Of a stretch of 64,000 nt of DNA, positions 53,096 through 64,000 are shown piece by piece. The notes under the pieces are model-generated. The model ran no database searches. It saw nothing but the letters and a program-made list of their open reading frames with translations, and was not told where the DNA came from. A program made the position numbers and the translations under genes. Position 1 is the stretch's first letter. Every line of letters starts with the position of its first letter. This DNA is from Emiliania huxleyi CCMP1516 (lineage: Eukaryota): assembly GCF_000372725.1 (NCBI RefSeq), contig NW_005202113.1, positions 372,001-436,000 on the forward strand, written 5' to 3'.

Positions 53096-55154
53096 ATGCT
53101 GCTGCTACTGCCTCCGCTCGGTGGCCATGCAGCGTATTTGGCATGGCATGGCGGTCCGAGGCTAGCCGCGAGCAGCAGCAGCAGCAGCAGCGGCAGCAGA
53201 GCTGCTTACATGATAGCAGTGTCCAAGCAGCAGGCCGACGCGGAATCTGACGCGAGGCTGATGGCGGCGCTCTTTGGCGGCGGCGGCGGCGGCGAGGGTG
53301 GCGGCGAGGGTGGCGGCGGCGACGCGTCCGGTCTCTCGCCGGAGAGCATGATGGATGCTCTGTATGAGGAGGATGAGTCGATCGTCGAGAAAAGCAAGCT
53401 CATCCCCTCCCACAAGCACAGAGCTGCTGTCACGATGTCAGTGTCCAAGCAGCAGGCCGACGCGGAATCTGACGCGAGGCTGATGGCGGCGCTCTTTGGC
53501 GGCGGCGGCGGCGGCGAGGGTGGCGGCGAGGGTGGCGGCGGCGACGCGTCCGGTCTCTCGCCGGAGAGCATGATGGATGCTCTGTATGAGGAGGATGAGG
53601 CGATCGTCGAGAAAAGCAAGCTCATCCCCTCCCACAAGCAGCTTGACCTAAACGAGGACGGCGAGCCGCTCATGCTGCGATTCGCCTATGTGGACGAGAT
53701 TGCGTGCATCGGCTGCACCTTCTGCGCCGACGTTGCTCGGGGCACCTTTTACATGGACGAGCAGGCCGGCAGGGCCCGGGTCTTCAATCAGGGCGGCGAC
53801 GAACCCGACGTCATCCAGGAGGCGATTGATACATGCCCGGTGAACTGCATCACGTACGTCGACCTGGAGGACTTGCAGATCCTCGAGTCGGAGCGTGAGG
53901 GCCAGGTCATAAACCCGGCCTCGATCGGCATCCCCGCGACGTGGTCCGTCTCGATGAATGCCATCCCGCCCACCAAGGCCAAGGCCTTCAACATGGCCGG
54001 CTCGCTGGCGTGCTGCAACAACTGCCCCGGCAAAGGGTGCGAGGAGTGCCCGATGTACGGCGTCGGCCGCAATCCCGTCTACCTCGCCCGGCTCGAGGAG
54101 CGCGCCGCGAAAAAGGAGGCGAGCGGAGAGGCGGCGAGGGAGCGCGAGGAGGCGGCCGCCGCCGCCAACGTCGGCAAGCTCTTCGCGGCGCCCGAGGAGG
54201 AGCTTGAGGAGGAGGAGGAGTTGAGCGGCGTGGTGGTTCCGACCGGCGGCGCTCCCGGCCTGGACGGCTCGACCCTGAACGCGCTGTTTGGGCAGGTGGC
54301 GTCCTTCCGCTCCCCCCTCTGTCTCTGCGCTCTTCACTGTCTCAGTGAGCGTGAGCTCCCGTCCCTAGTCCCTGAAAGATTCAAGCCACGTCCCCTGTCG
54401 CTAGTCGCTTGGGCGTGGATAGGGGTCAGATCCTGGAGTTAAGGTTGCCTACTACTCCTAGGTGGCTGGCTTTGAGGACGAGGAGTTGGAGGACGGGCCT
54501 CGGGCGAGCGGCGCTCGGGCGGGCGGGGATGGTGCGGCCGCGGCGGTAGAGACGAGGGAAGAGGCGGCGCGGAGAGAGGGCGGGGCGGCGCGGAGAGAGG
54601 ACGCGGCGGCGGCGGCCCGCGCGCAGGAGGAGGCGCGCGCGGCGGTGGAGGCGCGCGCGGCGGAGGAGGCGGCGGAGGAGGCAGCGAAGGCGGAGGAGCG
54701 CTTGGCGGCGCAGGAGCGCTTGGCGGCAGAGGCGGCGGCGAAAGCCGAGGAGCTGCGTCTGGCTGCGGCGGCGGCGGCGAGGGCGGAGGCTGAGCGCTTG
54801 GCGGCGGAGGCCGCCGCCAAGGTGGAGGCTGAGCGGTTGGCGGCGGAGGCGAGGATCGCGGCGGAGGAGGCGGCCGCGGCGGAGGCGGCGAGGATAGAGG
54901 CGGAGGCGCAGGCGAAGAGGGATGCGATCGCGCTGGCGAGACAGACGACGAAAGACGCGCTCACGCGCTCGATCCGCCTGTCTGGGCCGAAGCGCAAGAA
55001 GCTGCTCCGCGACCTGCAGGTGCAGTGGCACCCGGACAAGCAGCTGGACAGCGGCGAGGCCACACGTGAGCTCGCGAGTGAGCTGTCGCAGCTCATCAAC
55101 GAGGCGATGGCCAAGGCCAAGGCGAACGCGAAGGCGAGAGGAGAGGAGTGGTAG
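53096..55154 (+). CDS. 4Fe-4S ferredoxin-domain protein with a C-terminal J-domain-like HPD motif (DnaJ-Fer related), 2 exons
   Basis: YVDEIACIGCTFC..GRARVFNQ..IQEAIDTCPVNCI. A phase-0 GT-AG intron (54296-54461) joins it to a coiled coil and RDLQVQWHPDK..SQLINEA. Confidence 0.8.
53197..53640 (+). repeat. 222-bp in-frame tandem duplication
   Basis: VSKQQADAESDARLMAALFGGGG...EKSKLIPSHK occurs twice, offset by 222 bp. Confidence 0.95.
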
Positions 55155-55389
55155 CGCGGTAGGATGGCGGTCTCTCTCCCGAAGGGGACGGAGGTAGGTG
55201 CTCTGTGTGTACGCACTTGGACCTGCCCATGCATGCCGGTCCGACTCAGACAGAGAGCACAGTCTGTCGGCTCAGAGACAATCTTACTCGCTGAGGGTTT
55301 TCTAAAAAAGAAAAAACGAAGGGCATCGCGGCACGCTCTATCGGCCTTGTGCATTCGGCCTTGTGAGGCTAGGAGTCCTACTTAGCCAC

Positions 55390-56414
55390 ATGCTGGTCGA
55401 GTCCTGCCGAAGCCTCGTCCTATCCCTCGCGTCTCTCGCGGTGCTGCCCTCTCGCGCCATGCCTGCTGATCTCCTCGGCGATGCTGATCTCCTCGGCGAC
55501 ATCGGGTCTGGCATTGATCTGGCAGCGATGGCGGCGTTCGAGTGCTCGTGCGATTGGACAGAGCGGTTTCCTTACACTAACTGCTGGTTTGACGACGGCA
55601 CCGAGTGCTTCAGCTACTGCTGTGCGCCGTCTCCTTCTCCTTCTGCGCCTCCGACACCTCCAAGCTACCCGCCTCCGCTTGCCCCTCCATCCGCCCCGCC
55701 GCTGCCCACGTGTGAGAGATGCGACGCGGGGACCGAGTGTGGCTACTGCCTCATGCTCACCAGCCGCTGCTACATCTCCGAGGCCTGGACGTGGCGCGAT
55801 ACGTGCAGCAACGCGACCGCGGCGGGAGAGCTCTGCTACGGGGATGACAGCTGCGGCACCGACAGCGATGTGAACACTTGCCTCTTGGCCCCGCTCGGAG
55901 TCGTCGCGACGTACACGCGGGTCGATTGCACGTGGGCTCCGCCGTCGCCTCCGTCGCCGTCCCTCCCGCCGCGTCCGCCAGCGGGGCCGGGGGAGTCGGC
56001 CTATCTCCCGGCGCCGCCATCGCCCGCCACGCCCTCCAACGGAGTCCTGGGTCAGGGGGCGGCGGATGACGGAGACAGCGGCTTCTTCGGCCCGATCTCG
56101 CTCGCGTGGTCCATCGTCATCTTGGTGTGGGCGGTCCTCACGCCCGTGCTCCTCTGTATCCTGTGCTACTACGCACGGCTCAAGGGGTGGTGGTGCTTCG
56201 CAGGTCTCAGCTCTCAGCCTCAGCCTCAACCCCACCCCGCCCCCATCCTCACCCATCACCCCTCACCCTCATCCTCACCCCTCAACCTCCAACCTCTGCA
56301 GGCCGTGCGGCCACTGAGCCGCCGCCAAGCACTAACCTCGGCTTTGGAGGCACCCTCGTGATCGAGGATGGGCCGGCGCCCGGAGGAAAGATGCCGATGC
56401 GCACATCGGCGTGA
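55390..56414 (+). CDS. Cys-rich, Pro-rich single-pass membrane protein, 2 exons
   Basis: Signal-like N-terminus, Cys-rich modules, PPSPP linkers and a TM segment (ISLAWSIVILVWAVLTPVLLCILC). GT-AG intron at ~56203-56301. Confidence 0.7.
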
Positions 56415-58933
56415 GCAAGCGTTCGGTGCAGCGAACAGCGCTATATCGCGGCAAGAGCCGTAAGTCCATAGGAGCGAGAGGAGAGAGGGGGTGTGCCTCC
56501 GCCGTGTACAAACAAATCGGGAGAGGGAGGTCTGAGCTGTACCCTAGACCTCTGTGTACTTGTGCCTCCTATATACCTCTTTGTGGAGAGCTCGAGTGAC
56601 ACAGTGACAGTCTCTCATGGTCATGCCCGCGGCTACAAATATCGTCCGTTACCGCGTGGAGCGTGGTCTCGAGGGCGTGGTGGCAGCCAGCTGGGCTGCC
56701 ACACATCCCGAGTGTCGTACCCGACCCTAGTGCCTAGAGGTAGAGACGGCCTCTTGATGATGATGTACTTGAACTCGCGCGTGTGTGTGCCTCCTTGTAC
56801 CTTTGGTTTAACACTTTTCGGAGAGCTGCCTCTGAGCTCTGTGCACTGTGGCGGCCATGACTGTGGCAAAGTACCCGCTCGAGACGCAGGCTCTATTGTT
56901 GCAAACCTCCGCTTTCGCCTCTGGCTCTGCCGTGGGCGTGGCCCGTGCGCGTGCCGCGTGCGCCCGAGACGTATGTGTGTGTGTTTCCCTAGGTGTTTCC
57001 CAGTACGTGTGCAGTAAAAATCGAGTCTCTCTACGGCTTTACTAAAAAAAAATTGCTAGCTCAAAAAACCGGCACACCAATCTCCCTTCCTCTCTCTATC
57101 CTCTCTTGGAGCTCCAGAGTCCACACCCCCCTGCCCCGGGATCGCGTACAAGCTATGGCTACCGTAGGCCACACTAGCGTCGCTGGGGGTTCCCTGCCCT
57201 AGATGGGAAGCTGGCCGCTGATCCGAAGACCGACTGCACCAGGGCGCCTAGATATACTCGAGGTGAGCGAGGGTGAAGTTACGCCTTAAATGCCGGCCTC
57301 TCTACTGTGGACCTTACTCCGAGCTCGTTGGCTCCTCCTATTCCCCCACCCCCCCTCCCCCCCCACTCTCTCCGAGCAAGGGCGTGCGCTACGTCCCCAA
57401 GGGGGGGGGGACGTGGGGGGGAGGTGTGGCGCTTAGGTTGTGGCGTTTGGGTTGTTGTGGGGCACCCAAACGGTTTCGGTTTTCCTCCTTGGTGCCCCGA
57501 GTAGAGCGCGATCTCCCCTGGAGTCTGTCGCGCCCGTTCTGTCTAAGCTCGAGGTTCAACCTTCCAGTTGATCCTTATCGGACTGGTGAGGTCTGCCTAG
57601 CCGTCGTAGTGTAGTGCCTGGGGTGCGTCTGCGTCGGTGCTACACACACTCGGCAGGACGCTGCTCAAGGTCGTTGCTGCTGGTCGTCGCTGTTTGTCAA
57701 GGTGATAAATAGACTCTCACAGTGACTTCTTTGTGTGGCCAAAAACATGTCCGAGATAAACCCGAACCCGGGCCTTTAGATCGGGGTCGAAGGTGCTACA
57801 CACACTTGCCCCCTGGTGGTCTGGCACTCGGCGTTATTCCTACTGGGGTTAGGCTGTTTTTCTTTTATTTTCTGAATCTCGGGGGGGAGGGGGGAAGTGG
57901 GTTCCGGTGTTTTTTCTTTGCACTATGCACATACGTAAAGTGCAAAGTGCAAAGTGCAAAGTCCAAAGACCAAAGTGCAAGTCGCCCTCGTGTTTTTCTT
58001 TTTATGCTTTGGCAGTAAAAAGAACTGTGTGCGGCAGGCGCAGGCTCGGCCGATATCCAATACTTCGACTCACATCTTCGCTGCGGTGTGCCCGGGGAGG
58101 CGCGGCGGCGGGGTGGATTGAGAAGGCTCAGAGTGCAGAGAGACTGCAGGCGTGCAGAGGCGCGCGCTGCAGTTTCTCTGATCGGGCTGCTGGCGGTGTG
58201 AGCGCGGGGTGGCGTGGTGAGGCGTGAGGCAGGCTATTGTTGTGGAGTGCGGGCTGCATCGTCAGGCGTATGCGTGCACATGGTGCTGTATGCTGTGTGT
58301 GCAGGCTGGCAGTCTGTGCAGCAGAGAGCGGAAGCGCGCGCGCGGGCGCGCGCGTGCGGGCGTGCGTGCGCGCCTGCGCGGTGCCGGATCTGCGTCTCAC
58401 TCGCGGCGCGTCCTGGTACAGCCGCTTATGAGATGCCAGGAGCAGTCTGCAGAGCCTGCACAGGGCGCAAAAAGGCGCAGGTGTGCTGGTGAGGTGTGCT
58501 GCGGCGCGCGCGTCGCGGCGTGAGTGGATATGCGGCTGCCTCTGGTGGTGCGAGGGGCGCGCAGCTGGTGCGGGCGGCGCGGGACGGCCATGGGGCGCCA
58601 GCACAGGGCAGACGCACATGGGCACAGCTCTGAAAGGCGCTGCGCGTGTTTGCGTGCGCGCGGGGACGTACGCGCAGTTTTCACGCGGTGTGCCTGGAGA
58701 AGGGCATGAGAGGCGCCGGCCGCGCGTGTATTGGCGTGTGGGAGTTCGGAGTATGCCCGGAGGGCGTGATGGTGCCCGAAGGGCGGTCCTCCATGCGGAG
58801 GTGAACCTTTTCAAAAAGAAAAGGTCTCTACGGCTTTACTCTCTTCTGTCTCTCGAGTCTCGTGTCCATCCCTCTCTCCAAACGCGATCTGTTTTATTTA
58901 TTATTTTATTCGTCTGTCCCCCTCCTCTGCCTC

Positions 58934-61072
58934 TCACCCATCTGGAAACACTATTCGCCCCGAGACGAACCCGTTATCTGAATGGCCCTCGTGATCAGTC
59001 CCACTCCCACTCCGCCTCTGACGTCTGCTGGTCTGCACATCTGCGCCGACAGCGGTGGCGTTATCGGCCGTGCTGCGCCTCCGTCGTCCGCCCGCAGCCA
59101 TCAGACCGAGCACAACCCTCTCCTCCGGCGCGGGCGTCCGCACCAGAGTCAACGGCGACGCAGCAGGAGCCGCGGGCGGCGCGGGCGGCGGCGCGGGGGG
59201 CTCGGAGCAGCGCTGCGGCTTGGCCCACCTCGCTGTGGCCACTGCCCGGCGGCCGCCTTCGACCGCAGGGGCGGCGGCGCGGAGAGGTGCGGCTGCGGCG
59301 CCAGCCGCGTGCGCGGCGCCAGCCGCGGCGGGCGTGGCGCCCGAAGCGGCGGCGCCGCCGCTCTCGAACAAGAGCTGGTTGAGGTCGAGCGTGGGCGGCA
59401 GCCATGGGATGGACAGGGGCGCGGGCACGCGATTGCTGCCTCGCCACGCCGCCCACTCATCGGGCGGGAGGCCGACCTGAGCAGCTTGATGAATTCGTTA
59501 GGTCGTTCATTACTTCGTCCGTTCGTGGCGAGAGGCGGACCTGCTTGCAGAAATGAACATCGGAGGCGGTGGTCACCGCGCCTGGGCGGGGGGGGGAAGT
59601 GGGGAGTGGGGAGTGGGGAGTGGGGAGGGGGGAGTGGGGAGTGGGGAGGGGAGGCGGGGCGAGGGTGCAAGGAGGGCGCGGGAAGTGGACGGGTGCGGCG
59701 AGGTGCGGCGAGCGGCGAGCAAGGGGCGCCGAGAGTGGGCGTCACGCCGAGCGCCGCGCACAGCGCCAGCCGCGGCTTGATGCGTCGCTCGAGCGACGCG
59801 GCGAGGTGGCGTGGCCGGAGGGTCGGGTCGGGAGGTGACAGCACGCCCGCCTGTGAGGAGGGTCCGAGAAGGTTCAGGGGAGGGGTGCTGCAGAGGCTTC
59901 GGGGGGTGTGGGGGGTGGGGGGGGGGGGGGGGGCACCCCTCGGCGAGGGCGAGGGCGGTGGGACGGAGGTTGGCCTCCAGGGAGAGGGTGAGCACCGCGG
60001 GGTACTGCGTTAGGAGCGGTCCGAGGGGCGCCATGCCGAGCGAGCGCAGGAAGTCCCACTTTGGCGCCAGGCTGGACTGCGTCGAGAGGGACAGCAGCGA
60101 CGGCTGCGAGGAGAGGACGCGGCCGAACTCCTCGACGCCCTCCCGCTGCAGAAAGGACACCGTCGGCTTGAGGTTCGCCTCGAGCGACAAGTCGAGCGTG
60201 ATGGCGTGCGAGCGGACAACGCGCCCGACGTCGACGCCGAGCGAACGGAGGTAGTCCGCCGTCGGCCTCAGGTTCGCCTCGACCGAGACGCTGAGCAGCT
60301 GCGGGTAGCGGACGAGCGCCGCTACGGCGGCCGCCTCCCCCGCCTCGGAAGCGAGGAAGGCGTGCGAGGCGGCGAGGCGCGCGGGCTCGAGACCAACCAC
60401 GGGAGGGAAGGACGCAACCAGTCGCCCCAGCGCCGCGGCGTCGAGGCCGAGAGTCCGGCCGAGCCAAGAGAGCGAACGGCGCGCGCCGTCGCCCGAGGCG
60501 AGCTGCCGCGCCGGCGACCAGCGAGAGACTCTGTCGACCGCGCGCTGGTCGAGCCCCATCTCGCGCAGCGTCTCGAGCACGGGGGAGGAGGCCTCGGCGC
60601 GCCAGAGCAGCGCCTGCGGCTGCCGTGCCACGAACTCTGCCGCCGACCGGTTGGCGGCGCACACAAAGGGCTCGAGGTAGTCGAGCGCAGCGCGCAGCTT
60701 CACGTCGTCGAGCGTCAGCAGCAGCGGCTCCGCCGCGATCAGCTGCGCGGCGGGAGGGAGCCCCTTTGTGTCTCGCAGCGCGGCGAGCAGCGCGGCCGGC
60801 GAATGCGACAGCAGCGGCGGTAGCGCACGCGGCTGCCTCGCCAGCAGCTTTGCGAGGCGGTCGGGAGCAAGGCCCGCCGCGTCAAGCTCGGAGATGGACT
60901 GCTCAAGCGCCGCTGCCGATGCCGACATGCCGCCTGGTGCCTTGGCTGCGCGCTCGGCCAGCCGTCTCAAGGCCGCACCTCGCACGCCGATGCGAACGAG
61001 CACAGAGCGCACGTCGGCCGCGGCTGTGAGTGCTGACGCTGCGACGAGCACGGCAGCCGCGAGGAAACACAT
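58934..61072 (-). CDS. mTERF-family organellar nucleic-acid-binding protein, multi-exon (3' end uncertain)
   Basis: Repeated YPQLLSVSVEANLRPTADYLRSLG, LSLEANLKPTVSFL and QPSLLSLS motifs, SLERRIKPR, and a signal-like N-terminus. Confidence 0.85.
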
Positions 61073-61383
61073 ACTCTCGCTACACCTTCACTGCCACGTC
61101 CGTGCCGTGCCAGCCTGCCAGACACTTTGCGAGAATCGTCTGAGATTCCTCTGGCGGCAGCGGCAGTTGGCTGTGGCCGAGCAAGGCGCGACACACACGC
61201 GCTTCGCCCGAGGGGCGGCCGATTTCTTTTTTGGTGTTTTGCCAAAGAGAGCCAGTCCATGCCCAGTGTTGTGCGAGGGAGTTTGGTTGTAAAATTCTTT
61301 TTTGGCAGTTCTCGCATCACCTAACGAGCAAAATTCCTCCCAGACCCGTTCGTTGTACGTCGAAGTTCCCTGCAGGTTCCGTC

Positions 61384-61831
61384 TTGGCCTGTCCGAGGGT
61401 TTCCTCTCGCACCCTACCTGGTTTCCTTTCCGTGTTTCCTGCTCGTTTCCCTACAACACCCTCTAGTTTCCTCGGGAAACCCCGGGGAAACTCCGTGGAA
61501 TTCGTCATTTTGGGGGGGCTCTGAGCCGTGTCTGAGGCTGTTTTGGGGCCAAAATCGGCAAAATACCGGGTATTTTGCGGGTATACCTGGAAAACCCCGG
61601 TATACCTGGAAAATACCTGGGTATCGTGCCGATTTCCTCAATTTTGCCCCAGATTTTGCCCCAGACCAGCTCTCAGACTCAGGGAAACTCGCGAGTTTCC
61701 CGAGGGAAACTCGAGAGAAACAGAATGGAGCACCAAACACCCTCTGGTTTCCCTGGAAACTTCCGGAAACGCAAAGTGCTGGGGACCCTCTGGTTTCCCT
61801 CTGGGTTGCCGGAAACCCTCGGACAGGCCAA
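61384..61831. mobile_element. hAT-type MITE, 448 bp
   Basis: 21-bp perfect TIRs TTGGCCTGTCCGAGGGTTTCC / GGAAACCCTCGGACAGGCCAA, 8-bp TSD GTTCCGTC (61376-61383 and 61832-61839), and many internal GTTTCC/GGAAAC motifs. Confidence 0.9.
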
Positions 61832-61942
61832 GTTCCGTCCCTTGGTGGGATGAAAGCAGAAAGAAAGGGGGGTCCGCCGCACAAGCCGGCTCCGCCGCTC
61901 ACGGGGTTTTGCCCTCTCCTGAGTTACCCTAGCCGTCCCAAC

Positions 61943-63337
61943 CTACCGGAGGGGCGGCGGGTCGTCGTCGCCGTCGAGCGCGGGCACGTCGTCCTCGACG
62001 ACGTCGAAGCTGCACTCGAAGGCGAGGTCCACCCCGGTCACCGACGTCGAGAGCACGTGCACCGCGAGGCGGTACGTCCCCGCCTTGTCCGGCGCCGTGA
62101 AGCCGCACTCCTGCGACGGCTCGACCGTCTGCGCGTTCAGGTCTTTGACGACCATCGGCTGCGCCGAGAGCAACGAGTTCGGCGTCTTTGGCTCGTCCTT
62201 GAGCCCCTCGACGTACAGCCTACAGCGAGACGGCTCCGGCACGGCTCCGGACTAGGCTCTCCGAGCAGGCGGCGGGCGCGGCCTACGTCGGCGTTGCCAA
62301 TACGCCTCGTAGATGCCGTCTTGACTGCTGGCCGGCGGCGGCTCGTCGCCGTCGATGCCAGCATGGTGCCGCAGCAGCGCAACCTTGACACGGAGCTGAG
62401 GCGCGCGGGGCGGAGCGGCGTGAGCGGCGGGAGGCGGCGGGCGTACAGGCGCCGCAAGCAGGGGGAGGAACGGGTGGAGGCGGCAGGGCGGCGGCAGAGG
62501 CGGCGGCGGATGGAGGGGCAGCGGAGCGCGAGGGGCCGGGACAAACCTGCGCTCCCGCCATCACCTCCTTGGGCTCGCAAAACGCCTCGAGGCGCAGCTT
62601 TGGGCGGCGGAGGCCCTCATTCTTGAGGATCTTCGCCATCAGCACCTGCGCCTCGAGCTCGTCGGGCGACCTACAGGAAGGTTCCAGGAAGGTTCCAGGA
62701 AGAGCTCCTCTCCACATCCACCGCGAGCGCGTCGTGCTGCCAGAGCTGGTTCGCGATGAGCGCCGAGGTGCGCGCGACCGCGAGGATGGCGTGCACCCAC
62801 CGGTACTGCGGCAGGTACATCTGCGCCTATCGCAGACAGCATCCGAGAAGCTTTAGCGGCGGCACGAGGCGGGGGTTGCAGCGCGCGGCAGCAGCATCCG
62901 GCGCCTGCACGAGCAGTTTGGTCGCCAGCTGCACCGCGACCGAGGCGTGCTGCGCGGTCGGACCGTCCAGATCCGCGTCCTTCTCCTTCAGCGCCGCCCG
63001 CTGCCGGTTGATCTGCCACAGCATCGCGATGGCGTGGTTGCGCGCGGCGCCGCTCGCTTTGTCCACCCAGTCCATGTCAACCTTCTCCGCACGCATCGCC
63101 TCCTCCAGCTCGCTGATCTTGGAAGGCACGTCCGCAGGGATGATCCGGCACATGCACGGCGCGGTCGCCAGCGCGAGCAGCACTTCGTTGACCGGGATCG
63201 TCCTGTTCGGGTCCTCTGGAAGCGGCTTGAGCGCCTCGCTCATGTGAGTCACGTCCTCCATCGCCTTCTTCATATGGTCCTCCGAGGGCATCTTCATGCC
63301 CGGCGGGAGGTGCTGGGCCATCTGCGAGAGGTCCATC
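61943..63337 (-). CDS. Sec63/Brl-domain-like protein, multi-exon
   Basis: C-terminal Ig-like segment FTAPDKAGTYRLAVHVLSTSVTGVD..FDV followed by an acidic tail; helical N-terminal part. Confidence 0.6.
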
Positions 63338-64000
63338 CTGAGTCGACTGGGACAGCGAGCTCGTCTCGGAATGGCTGCGACAAAAGAATCCATGCACCTT
63401 CTTCCCTTGGGTTGTCCGTTTTCTTTCTTTCTTTCTTTTCTTTCTTTCTTTTTTTATTGAGAAGGAAATACCTCCTTGCACCTTCTATAGCCTCATCTCA
63501 CATCTGGCCGGGTGTGGCAAGGTTGAGTTTCTGTGACTGTGTTTCTATGGGCGTACACCGTTAGTTTATTCCAGCCTGCGCCGTCATCTTCCCTACTCCT
63601 GTGGCCCGCCCGCGTCCACTCACACCGCGCTGGTGACTGTCGCTGTGGTGTCCTGTCCGAACTGGAACCTTCGATACACACAAATTGTATCATACATACA
63701 TTTAAACATACGGACTAAGGTAAGGTCACCGTCATCTACAAGGTGTGGAACGAGGCGAAGAACAGAGATGTCTCTGGGCGAGATGGTCGCTTTGCTGACT
63801 GCTCTCGTCAGTGAGCCGGCAGCGGCAGCGGCAGCGGCGGCAGCCGTGGATTGAGGCCGATCTTGGCAGTAGCTTCGAGTCTGGGCTTCCTCGGCGGGAT
63901 GAGGGATCCCGATGGCGGCATCGCTCGACAAACCACATGACATTGAGAACCATCTTTGCGCGCATCACCATCACCATCAGCCATCACGTTTTCACGTTCC

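Noticed and set aside
63620..64000. Short ORFs at the window end
   Set aside because: No recognisable motif or codon bias.
1..64000. tRNA, rRNA or prokaryotic operon/defence systems
   Set aside because: None recognised; the genes are spliced and eukaryotic.

Overview
This is eukaryotic nuclear DNA, very GC-rich, with short GC-rich introns that often have GC-AG boundaries and with many microsatellites. That pattern fits a haptophyte such as Emiliania/Gephyrocapsa huxleyi (inference). About 25 genes can be supported, including RagA/Gtr1, a DHHC palmitoyltransferase, endosulfine/ARPP-19, DUF1350, dymeclin, a TPR protein, an ACT + 2x Zn2Cys6 regulator, a purple-acid-phosphatase-like enzyme, a gelsolin ending in CaaX, a class I glutamine amidotransferase, an F-box/ZZ protein, a tandem-SUMO-like protein, a 54-aa-repeat + FHA protein, an ankyrin protein, a ferredoxin + C-terminal J-domain protein, mTERF and a Sec63-domain protein. 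Most long ORFs in the supplied track are antisense or off-frame shadows of these GC-rich genes. The standout is a recently inserted 6.67-kb Copia-derived LTR element (15975-22644). It has apparently identical 835-bp LTRs, non-canonical CTG...CAG ends and a 5-bp TSD. Nearly all of pol is deleted, but it keeps an open ~1750-codon ORF that starts inside the LTR and fuses ~1480 unknown residues to Gag. Also present are a ~1.33-kb inverted duplication of a divergent gene pair, two TIR-bounded non-autonomous DNA elements and a DUF6589-like transposon remnant. Domain calls come from motif recognition by eye; no searches were run.
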